Shown here: positions 1 to 11,774 of the stretch, one piece after another
Layout of the letters: every line of letters begins with the position of its first letter
Numbering within the stretch: position 1 is the first letter of the stretch
Assembly (NCBI RefSeq): GCF_004010195.1
Contig: NC_057718.1
Location: 369,796 to 411,323 of the forward strand
Origin: Chiloscyllium plagiosum
Taxonomy: Eukaryota
DNA length: 41,528 nt
Direction of reading: 5' to 3'
Translations under genes and position numbers: made by a program
The notes under the pieces: generated by a model
Database searches by the model: none
Seen by the model: the letters and a program-made list of their open reading frames with translations, nothing else
What the model was told of the DNA's origin: nothing

Positions 1-376
1 AGACATGACCCACTCTCACTAGTATCCTTACATACAGATGAGGAAGGACACCACTTCGACTGGGACAACACATCCATCCTAGGACAAGCCAAACAGAGAC
101 ATGCATGAGAATTCCTAGAGGCATGGCATTCCAACCAGAACTCTATCAACAAATACATCGAGTTAGACCCCATCTACCACCCCCTGAGAAAGAGAATAGG
201 AAGTGACTTCACCACAGGAAATGACATCACCAACCCAAAGAAACCCAAACATATAAATAGAAAGCAGGAATTTTCAGCATTGCTTTGCCTGAGGCCCACT
301 GAAGATGTTACCTAGTATGGTGACGAAACATCTAGAAATGAACCTTCCAGCTCAGTGAGCAAACCTACATCCAAAC
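1..376 (+). mobile_element. Penelope-like element 3' end (GIY-YIG C-terminus plus HHR-bearing tail), cut by the window edge
   Basis: Frame 1 reads RHDPLSLVSLHTDEEGHHFDWDNTSILGQAKQRHA*EFLEAWHS, the same peptide as the GIY-YIG ORF at 27586..28149(-). HHR core at 299-332. Confidence 0.85.
299..332 (+). ncRNA. Minimal hammerhead ribozyme motif, family C (CpG-decayed)
   Basis: CTGAAGA-t-GTTACC-tagtat-GGTGAC-GAAACATC. Core CUGANGA and GAAA flank a 6-bp stem II; GTC is changed to ATC. Confidence 0.65.
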
Positions 377-394
377 TTCTTTTACAATTTTATG

Positions 395-735
395 ACTATT
401 CCATTCACTATGTGCAATTTTTTGGGACATCTGCAAACTTCTCAATCATATCTCCTACATTTAAGTCCATTTCATTAATGAATACCGTAAACAGCAAAAG
501 CCTCAGCACTGAAACCTATGGAACTCCACTGAACACTGATGTCTAGTTCCTTCTTTTAACCTGCCAATGCTTTCTGATGACCCTTTCTGACCAAAGGACC
601 ATGCAATATAGGAGCAGAATTAGCCCAATTGGGCTGTTGAATATGCTCCATTATTCAATCATGGCTGAAAAGTTTCTCAACTCCATTCTCTTGCCTTGTC
701 CCCTGAACCTTTGATTCCCTTACCGATAGAATTAT
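395..735 (-). mobile_element. Old degenerate CR1 fragments (RT piece and a 3' tail)
   Basis: Minus strand gives a GVP*VSVLRLLLFTVFINE..FAD-like RT motif at ~430-530. 600-730 resembles the CR1 3' tail seen at 812-960. Confidence 0.55.
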
Positions 736-811
736 ATAAAAATATAAGTGGCATGGATAGGGTGGATAGTTGGAATCTTTCTCGTGGAAATGTCAAATAC
801 CTGGGGCATGA

Positions 812-1987
812 GACATAAGACATAGGAGCAGAAATGAGGCCATTCATCATGCTCCGTCTGCTCTGTCATTCAGTCATGGCTGATAGGGTTTTCAACCCCA
901 TTTTCCCGCTTTCTCCCCATAACCTTTGATCCCCTAAACCATCAAGGTAGAACTTATCTATCTCAGCCTTAAATGACCTGGCCTCCACAGCTTTTTTGGC
1001 AATGAGTTCCACAGATTCCCCACTCTCTGGCTAAAGACATTTCCTCTTATCTCCATTCTAAAAGGTCTTCCCTTTACTCGAAGGATGTACCCTCAGGTCC
1101 TCATCTCTTCTGCCAATGGAAACATCTTCCCAATTTCCACTGTATCCAGGCTGATCAATCAGATCCCCCCATGTCCTTCTAAACTCCATCGAGTACAGAC
1201 ACAGAGTCCACAATTGTTCCTCATATGACAAATCCTTCATCCCCAGAACAATTCTTGTAAACCTCCTTTGCACCCCCTCCAATGCCAGCAGACTCTTCCT
1301 TAGATACAGGACCCAAAACTGCTCACAATATTCCAAATGCGGACTGACCAGAGCCTTACGCAGCCTCAGCAGTACATCCCTGCCCTTGTGGCCTGGTCTT
1401 CTTAAACTGAATGCCCACATTGTATTAGCAGAACCTGTATGTTAATCTTGAGAGAATCCTGAACTACGACTCCCAAGTCCCTTTGTGCTTTAGATTTCTG
1501 AAGCCCTTCCCATTTAGAAGACAGTCTACATCACTATTCTTCCAACCAAAGTGCATGACCTCACACTTTCCGACATTTTCCAATTCTTTGCCCACTCTCC
1601 AAGTCCTGTCCAAGTCCTTCTGTAGCCTTCCTGCTCCGTCAACATGACCTGTTCCTTCACCTATCTTTGTGTCATTTGCAAACTGAGCAACAATGCCCCA
1701 TCAAGTTGTTTTGTCCAGATCATCAATATATCATGGGAATAATTGCAGTGCCCCTGCGGAACTTAGTAATCACCGAATGCTGTCTCCACTCTCTGCCTTC
1801 TGCCAGTTAGCCAATCCTTTATCTATGCCAGGGCCTTGCCTCTAACACCATGGGCTCATATCTTATTTAGCAATCTCCTATGTGGCACCTTGTCAAAGAC
1901 TTTCTGGAAATCCAGATAGATCATGTCCACTGGCTCTCCTTTGACTAACTTGCTCATTAGCTCATCAAAGAATTCCAGCAGATTTGC
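812..1987 (-). mobile_element. 5'-truncated CR1 LINE (RT C-terminal half and 3' tail), decayed
   Basis: ORF 1058..1420 reads LVSPHLEYCEQFW..LEGVQRRFTR..LYSMEFRR..GDLI. Tail agacataagacatagg at 812. Confidence 0.85.
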
Positions 1988-2470
1988 TTTCCTAATTTCG
2001 TTTACGCAATCCCTCTTGAATGTTTCATATTCTAATGGGGGATTACTTTCGAATAGTGATCACAATTCTGTAAGTTTTAGAATACTCATGAACAAAGACG
2101 AGTATAGAGCGCTAAGTTAGGGGTAGGCCAACTATACCACTCTGATTACCACTAACACTGCTCGGTGGCCTTCTTCTTACTCTCTAACTTTCCAACTCTC
2201 TCCTCGCATGAACTCTCTCACCCACTACTTCGCTGAAACCTCTCTCTACAACTTTCGGCATCACAGATCATAGAAATGCTATATTGCAGAAGGAGGCCAT
2301 TTGGCCAATCATTTTGCAAATCTGCCCCCCCACTCCTGGATCACCACATGATAATCAGGACCCAATCTGGTTCCTATTCTCTTGCTCCTCACTCTGTGCA
2401 TCGCTGCTTTGATAATGCCATCATTCATGGTTAGGCGGTAACTTCCAGTTGAAATAGTTCAGACAACAAA

Positions 2471-3101
2471 GTGCGGTGAGGAAGGCATATGGCGTACTGG
2501 CTTTTATTGGTAGAGGAATTGAGTTCCGGAGTCCTGAGGTCATGATGCAGTTGTATAAGACTCTGGTACGGCCGCATCTGGAATATTGTGTGCAGTTTTG
2601 GTCGCCATACTATAGGAAGGATGTGGAGGCATTGGAACGGGTGCAGAGGAGGTTTACCAGGATGTTGCCTGGTATGGAAGGAAAATCGTATGAGGAAAGA
2701 CTGAGGCACTTGGGGCTGTTTTCACTAGAGAAAAGAAGGTTTAGGGGTGACTTGATTGAGGTGTACAAGATGATTAGGGGGTTAGATAGGGTCGACAGTA
2801 TGAACCTTTTCCCGCGTATTGAGTCGGGTATTACAAGGGGGCATAGCTTTAAATTAAGGGGGGGTAGATATAGGACTGATGTTAGGGGTAGGTTCTTCAC
2901 TCAGCGAGTCGTTAGTTCATGGAATGCCCTGCCAGTAACAGTGGTGGACTCTCCCTCTTTATGGGCATTTAAGAGGGCATTGGATAGGTATATGGAGGAT
3001 AGTGGGTTAGTGTAGTTTAGGTGGGCTTGGATCGGCGCAACATCGAGGGCCCAAGGGCCTGTACTGCGCTGTATTCTTCTATGTTCTATGTTCTATGTTC
3101 T
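2471..3101 (+). mobile_element. Young 5'-truncated HER1-like CR1 LINE with uninterrupted ORF2 C-terminus
   Basis: Open 179-aa frame 2476..3015 (LYKTLVRPHLEYCVQFWSP..ERVQRRFTRM..FFTQRVV..WN). (TTCTATG)n tail. TSD AACAAA at 2465-2470 and 3102-3107. Confidence 0.95.
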
Positions 3102-4204
3102 AACAAACACCTTCCCAGCAAAAGGGCCTTCAAATCCAATAATTCAAAGCAGATGTGAGTGGCGGACCTCAATCAGAATGGATTCAGTAAGTTAAAGAGA
3201 AAAAGCTGAAAATGAGCCAAATTCCAACACCAGTTAGACCCAGGCCAGGAATCAGGGCTACAATTGTCTCAGGGTAGGACTGGGACTGAGTACAAACAAA
3301 CCCTGAAAATCAGGACAGATACTGGGCAGAGATCAGATACATCTTTTGGAATAGGGGCAGTTCTGGCTTTATTGACCACTCTAATCTCTTAGGTGTTAAA
3401 ATGTGTGAGCACGATTTGAGGTGAAAGACCTGAAGTTTGTGAGCTGGATCCAGGCCAGCTGTTGGCAGACATTGAAAGGTTTTCAGAGAAAGTGATGAAG
3501 GTGGGGTTTCCAATCTTTGCAGCTGTCTCACAGCAGCGTCTCAGAACCAAATGTTCAGGTAGGTCTCCTTTTGAAGAACCATTTGTTTCATAATGAAAAT
3601 CTATCCTTATAAATCCTTCTTGTTTCCCTCACTGTTCCATCTGTTCTGAACCTCAAATCCAGCCTGGAACACCAATTTCTTTCTGAATCTGACACATTGT
3701 GATCTTTGCACAGTCACATCAATTCTGGAGAAGGTTACAGTGTGGTTACAGGGACACACCATGTGCCAGTGATGAAAGGAGTGAATGCTGAAGATAGAAT
3801 GTCCCGATTTCACTGGGAAGAATGCTCTGACAATTAGGCTCCACTGTTCTACAAACTTTTCCAAAATGTTCAAATGTATAAAATCTCAGCAAAATTAATG
3901 ATTTGCCTGACTGAATGCTACTCAGGACAAAATCAATTCACACCAGGTTTCTTCGATAGCAGTAAAAAAAACCTTTATTTACTGTGAGAGACTTGACTGA
4001 AGAGCAGTGAACAGAAAGGATTTCTAATTTATACATCTTAAACTATATTCCTTCATGAATCCCAAATACATAATACTAAATCACAAAATGTACTTTTTCA
4101 GCAATACATAAATCAGCAAAGTAGACCTCGAGCTGAGAGGGCCGAACGAAATGCAACCACTAACAAGAAGTGAAAATGGGAACTCTACAAGCCCTGGCTC
4201 GGAT

Positions 4205-4347
4205 TTTCCGAGCACTCAAGGGAGGTGATAAATGATTAGAGAAATGCAAAAGTTACACCCTTGTTTTAAAAATAGTCTAAAGATAAGACCAGCAAGAATT
4301 GGCCAATCAGTTTACCTTTAGTGGTGTGGAAGCTTCTCGAAACAATA
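4205..4347 (+). mobile_element. Old CR1 RT fragment, left half of the target split by the full-length CR1
   Basis: Reads ..NAKVTPLF..WPISLPLVVWKLLETI and continues after 9928. Confidence 0.7.
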
Positions 4348-5810
4348 CAGAACACAGGACATTCCAGCGCAGTACAGGCCCTTCGGCCCTCGATGTTGTG
4401 CCGACCTGTGAAACCAATCTGAAGCCCATCTAACCTACACTATTCCATTGTCATCCATGTGTCTACTCAGTGACCAATTAAATGGCCTTAAAGTTGGTGA
4501 GTCTACTACTGTTGCAAGCAGTATGTTCCACACCCTTACCACTCTCTGAGTAAAGAAACTACCTCTGACATCTGTCCTATATCTATCTCCCCTCAATTTA
4601 AAGCTATGTCCCCTCGTGCTAGCCATCATCATCTGAGGAAAAAGGCTCTCCCTGTCCACCCTATCTAACCCTCTGATTATCTTATATGTTGCAATTAAGT
4701 TACCTTTCAACCTTCTCTCTAACGAGAAACAGCCTCAAGTCCCTCAGCCTTTCCTTGAAAGACCTTCCCTCCATACCAGGCAACATCCTAGAAAACCTCC
4801 TCTGCACCCTTTCCAAAGCTCCCACATTCTTCTTATAATGCGGTGACCAGAACTGTACACAATACTCCAAGTGCGGCCGCACCAGTGTTTTGTACAGCTG
4901 CAGCATGACCTCATGGTTCCAAAACTCAATCCCTTGACCAATAAAAGCTAAAACACTGTATGCCTTCTTAACAACCCTATCAACCTGGATGGCAACTTTC
5001 AAGGATCTATGTACCTGGACACAGAGATCTCTCTGCTCATCCACACTACCAATAATTTTACCATGAGCCCAGGACTCTGCATTCCTGTTACTCCTTCCAA
5101 AGTAAATCGTCTCATACTTTTCTGCATTAAACTCCATTTGCCACCTCTCAGCCCAGCTCTGCAGCTTATTGATGTCCCTCTGTAACCTACAACATCCTTC
5201 GGCACTACCCACAACTCCACCGACCTTAGTGTCATCTGCAAACTTGCTAACCCATCCTCCTGCGCCCTCATTCAGGTCATTTATAAAAATGACAATAGGC
5301 CTCAAAACAGATCATTGTGGTACACAACTAGTAACTGAACTCCGGGATGAACATTTCCCATCAGCCACCACCCTCTCTCTTCTTTCAGCGAGCCAATTAC
5401 TGATCTAAACCGCTAAATCACCCTCAATCTCATACCTCCGTATTTTGTGCAGTAGCCTACCATGGGGAACCAAATCATCCGCCGACATTTCCGCCACCTC
5501 CAAACAGACCCCACCACCAGGGATATATTTCCCTCCCCACCCCTTTCCGCCTTCCGCAAAGACCGTTCACTTCGTGACAACCTGGTCAGGTCCACGACCC
5601 CCTACAACCCACCCTCCCATCCTGGCACATTGTCCTGCCACCGCAGGAACTGCAAAACCTGCGCCCACACATCCTCCCTCACCTCTATCCAAGGCCCAAA
5701 AGGAGTTTTCTACATCCATCAAAGTTTTACCTGCACATCCACCAATATCATTTATTGTATCCGTTGCTCCCGATGTGGTCTCCTCTACATTGGGGAGACT
5801 GGACGCCTCC

Positions 5811-6483
5811 NNNNNNNNNNNNNNNNNNNNNNNNNNNNNNNNNNNNNNNNNNNNNNNNNNNNNNNNNNNNNNNNNNNNNNNNNNNNNNNNNNNNNNNNNN
5901 NNNNNNNNNNNNNNNNNNNNNNNNNNNNNNNNNNNNNNNNNNNNNNNNNNNNNNNNNNNNNNNNNNNNNNNNNNNNNNNNNNNNNNNNNNNNNNNNNNNN
6001 NNNNNNNNNNNNNNNNNNNNNNNNNNNNNNNNNNNNNNNNNNNNNNNNNNNNNNNNNNNNNNNNNNNNNNNNNNNNNNNNNNNNNNNNNNNNNNNNNNNN
6101 NNNNNNNNNNNNNNNNNNNNNNNNNNNNNNNNNNNNNNNNNNNNNNNNNNNNNNNNNNNNNNNNNNNNNNNNNNNNNNNNNNNNNNNNNNNNNNNNNNNN
6201 NNNNNNNNNNNNNNNNNNNNNNNNNNNNNNNNNNNNNNNNNNNNNNNNNNNNNNNNNNNNNNNNNNNNNNNNNNNNNNNNNNNNNNNNNNNNNNNNNNNN
6301 NNNNNNNNNNNNNNNNNNNNNNNNNNNNNNNNNNNNNNNNNNNNNNNNNNNNNNNNNNNNNNNNNNNNNNNNNNNNNNNNNNNNNNNNNNNNNNNNNNNN
6401 NNNNNNNNNNNNNNNNNNNNNNNNNNNNNNNNNNNNNNNNNNNNNNNNNNNNNNNNNNNNNNNNNNNNNNNNNNNNNNNNNNN
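5811..6483. other. Assembly gap
   Basis: Run of N. Confidence 1.
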
Positions 6484-6530
6484 CCTCCTCTAGCTTATCT
6501 CTCCACGCTTCAGGCTCACTGCCTTTATTC

Positions 6531-6558
6531 CTGATGAAGGGCTTTTGCCCGAAACGTC
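6531..6558 (+). ncRNA. Minimal hammerhead ribozyme motif, family A, intact core
   Basis: CTGATGA-a-GGGC-tttt-GCCC-GAAACGTC. Confidence 0.8.
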
Positions 6559-6895
6559 GATTTCGAAGCTCCTTGGATGCTGCCTGAACTGCTGTGCTCT
6601 TCCAGCACCACTAATCCAGAACCTCATCAAATGCCTTACTGAAATTCATATATACATCAACCACTTTACCCTCATTCACCTGTTTGGTCACCATCTCAAA
6701 GAACTCAATAAGGTTTGTGAGGCATGACCTACCCTTCAGAAAACCTTGTTGACTATCCCTAATCAACTTATTCCTTTCTAGATTATTATAAATCCTATCA
6801 CTTATAACCCTTTCCAACACTTTACCCATGACCAAAGTAAGGCTCACTGGTCTATAATTATCAGGATTGTCTCTACTCCCCTTCTTGATCAAGGG

Positions 6896-7121
6896 GAAAA
6901 AGTGAGGACTGCAGATGCTGGAGATCAGAGCTGAAAATATGTTGCTGGAAAAGCACAGCAGGTCAGGCAGCATCCAAGGAACAGGAGAATCGATGTTTCG
7001 GGCATAAGCCCTTCTTCAGGAATCAGCCCTTCCTGAAGAAGGGTTTATGCCCGAAACATCGATTCTCCTGCTCCTTGGATGCTGCCTGACCTGTTGCACT
7101 TTTCCAGCAACACATTTTCAG
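6896..7121. mobile_element. Palindromic PLE-tail insertion with two divergent HHR cores
   Basis: Inverted arms with HHR at 6992-7019(-) and 7033-7060(+). TSD TTCTTGA(T/A)CAAGGG at 6882-6895 and 7122-7135. Confidence 0.85.
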
Positions 7122-8700
7122 TTCTTGAACAAGGGAACAACATTTGCTATCCTCCAGTCTTCTGGCACTACTCCTATAAACAATGATGACATAAAGATCA
7201 AAGCCAAAGGCTCTGCATTGTCCTTGCTGGCTTCCCAGAGAATCCTAGGATAAATCCCATCTGGCCCAGGTTATTTATCTATGTTTACTTTCCAGAATTG
7301 TTAACACATCCTCCTTGTGAACCTCAATCCCATCTAGTCTAGTAGCCTGTATCTCAGTATTCTCCTCGACCACATTGTCTTTTTCTAGTGTGGATACTGA
7401 AGAAAAGTATTCATTTTGCACTTTTCCTATCTCCTCGGTTCCACTCACAACTTCCCACTACTGTCCTTAATTGGCCCTAATCTAACTCTAGTCATTCTTT
7501 TATTCCTGATATACCGATAGAAAGCCTTAGGGTTTTCCTTGATCCTACCTGTCAATGACTTCTCATGTCCCCTCCTGGCTCTTCTTAGCTCTCTCTTTAG
7601 GTCTTTCCTGGCTAACTTGTAACTCTCAAGCGCCCAAACTGAGCCTTCGTGTCCCATCCTAACATAAGCCTCCTTCTTCCTGTTGACAAGAGATTCAACT
7701 TCTTTAATACACCCCTGCTCCCTCGCTCGACCACTTCCTCTCTGCCTGACAGGTACGTACTTATCAAGGACCCACAGTATCTGTTCCTTGAATAAGCTCC
7801 ACATTTCAAGTGTGCCCATCCGCTGCAGTTTCCTTCTCCATCCTATGCATCCCACATCTTGCCTAATTGCATCATAATTGCCTTTCCCCCAGCAATAATT
7901 CTTGCCCTGCGGTATATACCTATCCCTTTCCATCGCTCAAGTAAACATAACCGAATTGTGGTCACTATCACCAAAGTGCACACCCACCTCAAATCTAACA
8001 CCTGGCCGGGTTCATTCCCCAGCACCAAATCCAATGTGGCCTCACCCCTTGTTGGCCTGTCTACATACTGTTTTAGGAAACCCTCCTACACACATTGGAC
8101 AAAAACTGACCCATCTAAAGTACTTGAATTATAGTACTCCCAGTCAATATTTAGAAAGTTAAAGGCCCCCATAACAACTACCCTGTTACTCTCACTCCCA
8201 TAGAGAATCATCTTTGCTAACCTTTCCTCTACATCCCTGGAACAATTCGGAGGCCGATAGAAAACTCACAACAGGGTGACTTCTCCTTTCCTGTTTCTAA
8301 CCTCAGCCCAAACTACCTCAGTAGAAGAATCCCCAAACATCCTTTCTGCCCCATAATGCTGTCTTTGACGAACAATGCCACACCTCCTCCTCCTCTTTTA
8401 ACATCTTCTCTGTTCTTACTGAAACATCTAAATCCTGGAACCTGTAACAACCATTCCTGTCCCTGCTCTATCTATGTCTCCGTAATGGCCACAATATTGA
8501 TGTCCCAGGTACCAACCCATGCTGCAAGTTCTCCCACCTTATTCCGGATGCTCCTGGAGTTGAAGTGGTCACGTTTCAAACCAATTTCTTGCTTGCCGGT
8601 GCTTTCTTGCGATCTTAAAATGTTAGGTCTGACTTCACCACTCTCAACCTCCCGCGTACATGAACTACAGTTCAGGTTCCCATCCCCCTGCTGAATTAGT

Positions 8701-9627
8701 TTAAACTCTTCCAAAGGGCATTAGCAAATTTTCTCCCCAGGATATTGGTATCCGTCTGTTCAGGTGAAGACCATCCTGTTTGTAGAGGTCCCACCTATTG
8801 CAGAAAAAGCCCCAATTATTCAGGAATCCAAAACCCTCCCCCCTGTACCATCCCTGTAGCCACTTGTTCAACTCCTTTCTCTCCATATTCCACACCTTGC
8901 TTGCACGTAGCATGGGCAACAAACCAAAAATAACAACTCTGTTTGTTCTAGCTCTAAGCTTCCACCCCGGTTCCCTGAATTTCTGCCTTAAATCCCCATC
9001 TCTCTTCCTACCTATGGTGTTGGTGCCTATGTGGACCACGACTTGGGACTCCTCCCTCTCCCCCTTAAGGATCCCAAAAACACGATCCGAGACATCATGA
9101 ACCCTGGCACCTGGGAGGCAACACACCAACCGTGAGTCTCTCTCGTTCCCACAGAACCTCCTATCTGTCCCCCTAACTATGGAGTCGCCAATGATTACTG
9201 CTCTGCTCCTCTTCCCCCTTCCCTTCTGAGCAGCAGGGACAGACTCTGTACCAGAGCCCTGTGCCCCACTGCTTTCCCCTGGTAAGCCATCTCCCACAAC
9301 AGTATCCAAACACTGTACTTGTTATTGAGGGGAACGGCCACAGGGGATCCCTGCACTGCCTGCCGGTTCCCTTTCCGTCCTGACTGTAACCCATCTGCCT
9401 TTTTCTTGTACCTGAGGAGTGACGACCTCCCTGTAACTCCTCTCAATAACCCCCTCTGCCTCCTGAATCATTCAAAGTTCACCCAGCTCCAGCACCAGTT
9501 CCCTAACGCGGTTTTCGAGGAGCTGGAGTTGGGTGCACTTCCCGCAGATGTAGTCAGCAGGGACACTAGTGGTGACCCTTACCTCCCACATTCTGCAGGA
9601 GGAACGTTCAACTGCCCTAACCTCCAA
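8701..9627 (-). pseudogene. CR1 ORF1: N-terminal zinc finger/coiled coil plus SGNH (GDSL-type) esterase domain, disrupted
   Basis: 9627->9470 reads LEVRAVERSSCRMWE..DYICGKCTQLQLLENRVRELVLEL*. ORF 8701..9309 has VIIGDSIVRG, CLPGA, VHIGTN and DGLHLN (the SGNH blocks). Confidence 0.88.
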
Positions 9628-9923
9628 TCCCACTATTCTAAATTCCCAACGAGACTACTGAAAAATTAAAAATAAACTAGTCACCTTACCAATCCAGTGC
9701 ACAGAGCCTGTTTCTTTTGGTTAGAGGCGGAGGACGGGTGGGTGATGCTACCCAAGTGGTGTTTCGGGTAACACAACCGCCCAAATATAAAACCTCATTT
9801 AGCCAGCAGTCCTGCTCCAACTGCTGCCGGAAAAATGGGGAATGTTGAACTCCCAAGGACAGCTTTTCTATCTTTTAAAATGTACCTTCCCGTCAGGCCT
9901 CTGGTCCTCACTATCACTCCTCC

Positions 9924-10130
9924 CAATAATTCAGGACCAAAGTAATGGTCACTTGGACAAGTGTGGACTCATTAAGGAAAATTAAATTAGATTTTTAAAG
10001 GGCAAATCATACTTAATTAACTTGCTGGAGTTGTTTGAAGAAATAACAGAGAGAATTGATGAGGGTCATGCTGTTTATGTGATGTCGATGGACTTCATAA
10101 AGGTATTTGATACAGTGACACACAACAGTC
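9924..10130 (+). mobile_element. Old CR1 RT fragment, right half of the split target
   Basis: IQDQSNGHLDKCGLIKEN*IRFLKGKSYLINLLELFEE..DEGHAVYVMSMDFIKVFDTVTHN. Confidence 0.75.
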
Positions 10131-10252
10131 TTGAAGACTCAGTTGGCACTTGAAACATTAACTTTGTTTTTCTCTCCACAGATGTAAACTTCCTGGGTTT
10201 CTCCAGCATTTTGTGTTTTTATTTCAAATCTCAATCATCTGTCATACTTTCT
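10130..10252 (+). mobile_element. Very degenerate PLE-type tail
   Basis: gaaacattaactttgttttttctctccacagatg..ctccagcattttgtgtttttatttc resembles the family A post-HHR tail. A similar remnant lies at ~19015-19068. Confidence 0.35.
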
Positions 10253-10274
10253 GTTCAGTGCAGTATGAGTGCCC

Positions 10275-11050
10275 TTGAAATCAGGGCAGCATTATACTGG
10301 AATCAGAACTAGGGAGGAGCCCTCTGCTGGCTGGAGTTATACCCAACACAAACGTTGTTGTTGTTGGAGGTCAGTCATCTCAGTTCCAGGACATTCCTGC
10401 AGGAGTTCCTCAGGGTAGCGTCCCAGGCCCAATGACCTTCAGCTGCTACATCAATGACTTTCCATCCATCATAAGTCAAGGGTGGGCACGTTCATTGATG
10501 ACTGCGCATTGTTCAGCATAACTTACGACTTCTCAGATATAGAAGCAATCTGGGACCAAATGTAACAAGATCTGAACAATATCCAGGTTTGGCCTGAGAA
10601 GTAACAAGTAACTTCCATGCAACACAAATGTTAGGCAAAAGCCATCTCCAAAAAGAGACAACCTAACCATCACCCTTTGTCATTCAATGGCATTACTGTT
10701 ATTGAATCTTCAACAATCAAAGATTGTTACCAGGGACCAGAAATTGAACTGGACAAGCCATATAAGTTCAGTGACAACAACAGCAGGTCGGAGGCTAGAA
10801 ACCTTGTAGTGAGCAAATCACTTTCTGACTCTCCAAAGTCTGTCTACCATCTCCAAGGCACAACTCAGGAGGGTGACTTACTTGGATGGGTGCAGTTCCA
10901 ACAACTACACAAAAAGCTTGACATCTTCCAGGACAAAGACCCCAGTTGATTGCTACTGGATCTACAAACATCAGTCCCTCCACCACCACGCTCTGCAGTA
11001 GCAGTGTGTGCAATATAAGATGCACTGCAGAAATTCACCAAAGCATCTTA
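10275..11050 (+). mobile_element. Older second LINE family (CR1/L2-like), RT C-terminal fragment
   Basis: GVPQGSVPGPMTFSCYINDFPSII..FIDDCALF RT motifs, heavily decayed. Confidence 0.7.
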
Positions 11051-11054
11051 GCGA

Positions 11055-11768
11055 GTTGGCGAGTTTACTACTGTTGCAGTCAGGGCATTCCACGCCCTAT
11101 TACTCTCTGAGTGAAGAAACCACCTCTGACATCTGTCCTATATCTATCAGCCCTCAATTTAAAGCTATGTCCCCTCGTGCTAGCCATCACCATCTGAGGA
11201 AAAAGGCTCTCACTGTCCGCCCTAACTAACCCTCTGATCATTTTGTATGTCTCTATTAAGTCACCTCTTAACATTCTTCTCTCTAACGTAAACAGCCTCA
11301 AGTCCCTGACCCTTTCCTCATAAGACCTTCCCTCCATACCAGGCAACATCCTGGTAAATCTCCTCTGCACCCTTTCCAATGCCATACACCTTCTTTACCA
11401 CTTTATCTACTTGCGTGCCACTTTCAGGGAGCTATAGATTTAAACCCCAAGATCTCTCTGTACATTAATGCTGTTCCGGGTCCTGCCATTAACTCTGTAC
11501 TTTTCCTTGACATTTGATCTCCCAAAGTGCAGCACCTCACACTTAGCGGATTAAACTCCATCTGCCTTTCTCCACCCATATCTGCAACTGATCCATATCC
11601 CGTTGTATCCATTGACAACCTTCTATACTATCGACAACTCCACTGATCTCTGTAGCATCTGCAAAGTTACTCACCTAGCCATCTATGTTTCATCCAAGTC
11701 ATTTTTACATCTATCACAAACAGCAGAGGTCCCAACACGGATCCGTGTGGAACACCACTAGTCACACT
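11055..11768 (-). mobile_element. CR1 RT fragments (two joined pieces)
   Basis: ORF 11080..11385 ERVQRRFTRMLPG..FFTQRV. 11670-11765 reads VTSGVPHGSVLGPLLFVI. Confidence 0.85.
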
Positions 11769-11774
11769 ATTCTC

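Larger units (their letters stand above)
5472..6618 (+). mobile_element. Penelope-like element 3' fragment (Neptune-like Cys linker plus GIY-YIG) inserted in CR1, spanning an assembly gap
   Basis: CHRRNCKTC...IIYCIRCSRCGLLYIGETGR. HHR tail after the gap. GAACC duplicated at 5467-5471 and 6619-6623. Confidence 0.85.
4435..8600 (-). pseudogene. CR1 ORF2 (APE endonuclease plus reverse transcriptase), disrupted
   Basis: APE motifs NSRSIRNKVGEL..WDINIVAITET (8472-8580) and DLVLGNEPGQV. RT motifs NYRPVSLT..QQGFLKGRSCLTNLIEFF..FSKAFD and SKFADDTK. Contains frameshifts, stops and insertions. Confidence 0.9.
4348..9923 (-). mobile_element. Essentially full-length decayed CR1 (HER1-like) LINE carrying two PLE-derived insertions
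   Basis: 3' tail at 4348, then RT, APE, ORF1 and 5' UTR in order. TSD CAATA at 4343-4347 and 9924-9928. The flanks rejoin into one RT reading. Confidence 0.9.

Noticed and set aside
5445..6587. Long ORFs of 259-380 aa
   Set aside because: They run through the N gap. Only the PLE GIY-YIG frame before the gap is meaningful.
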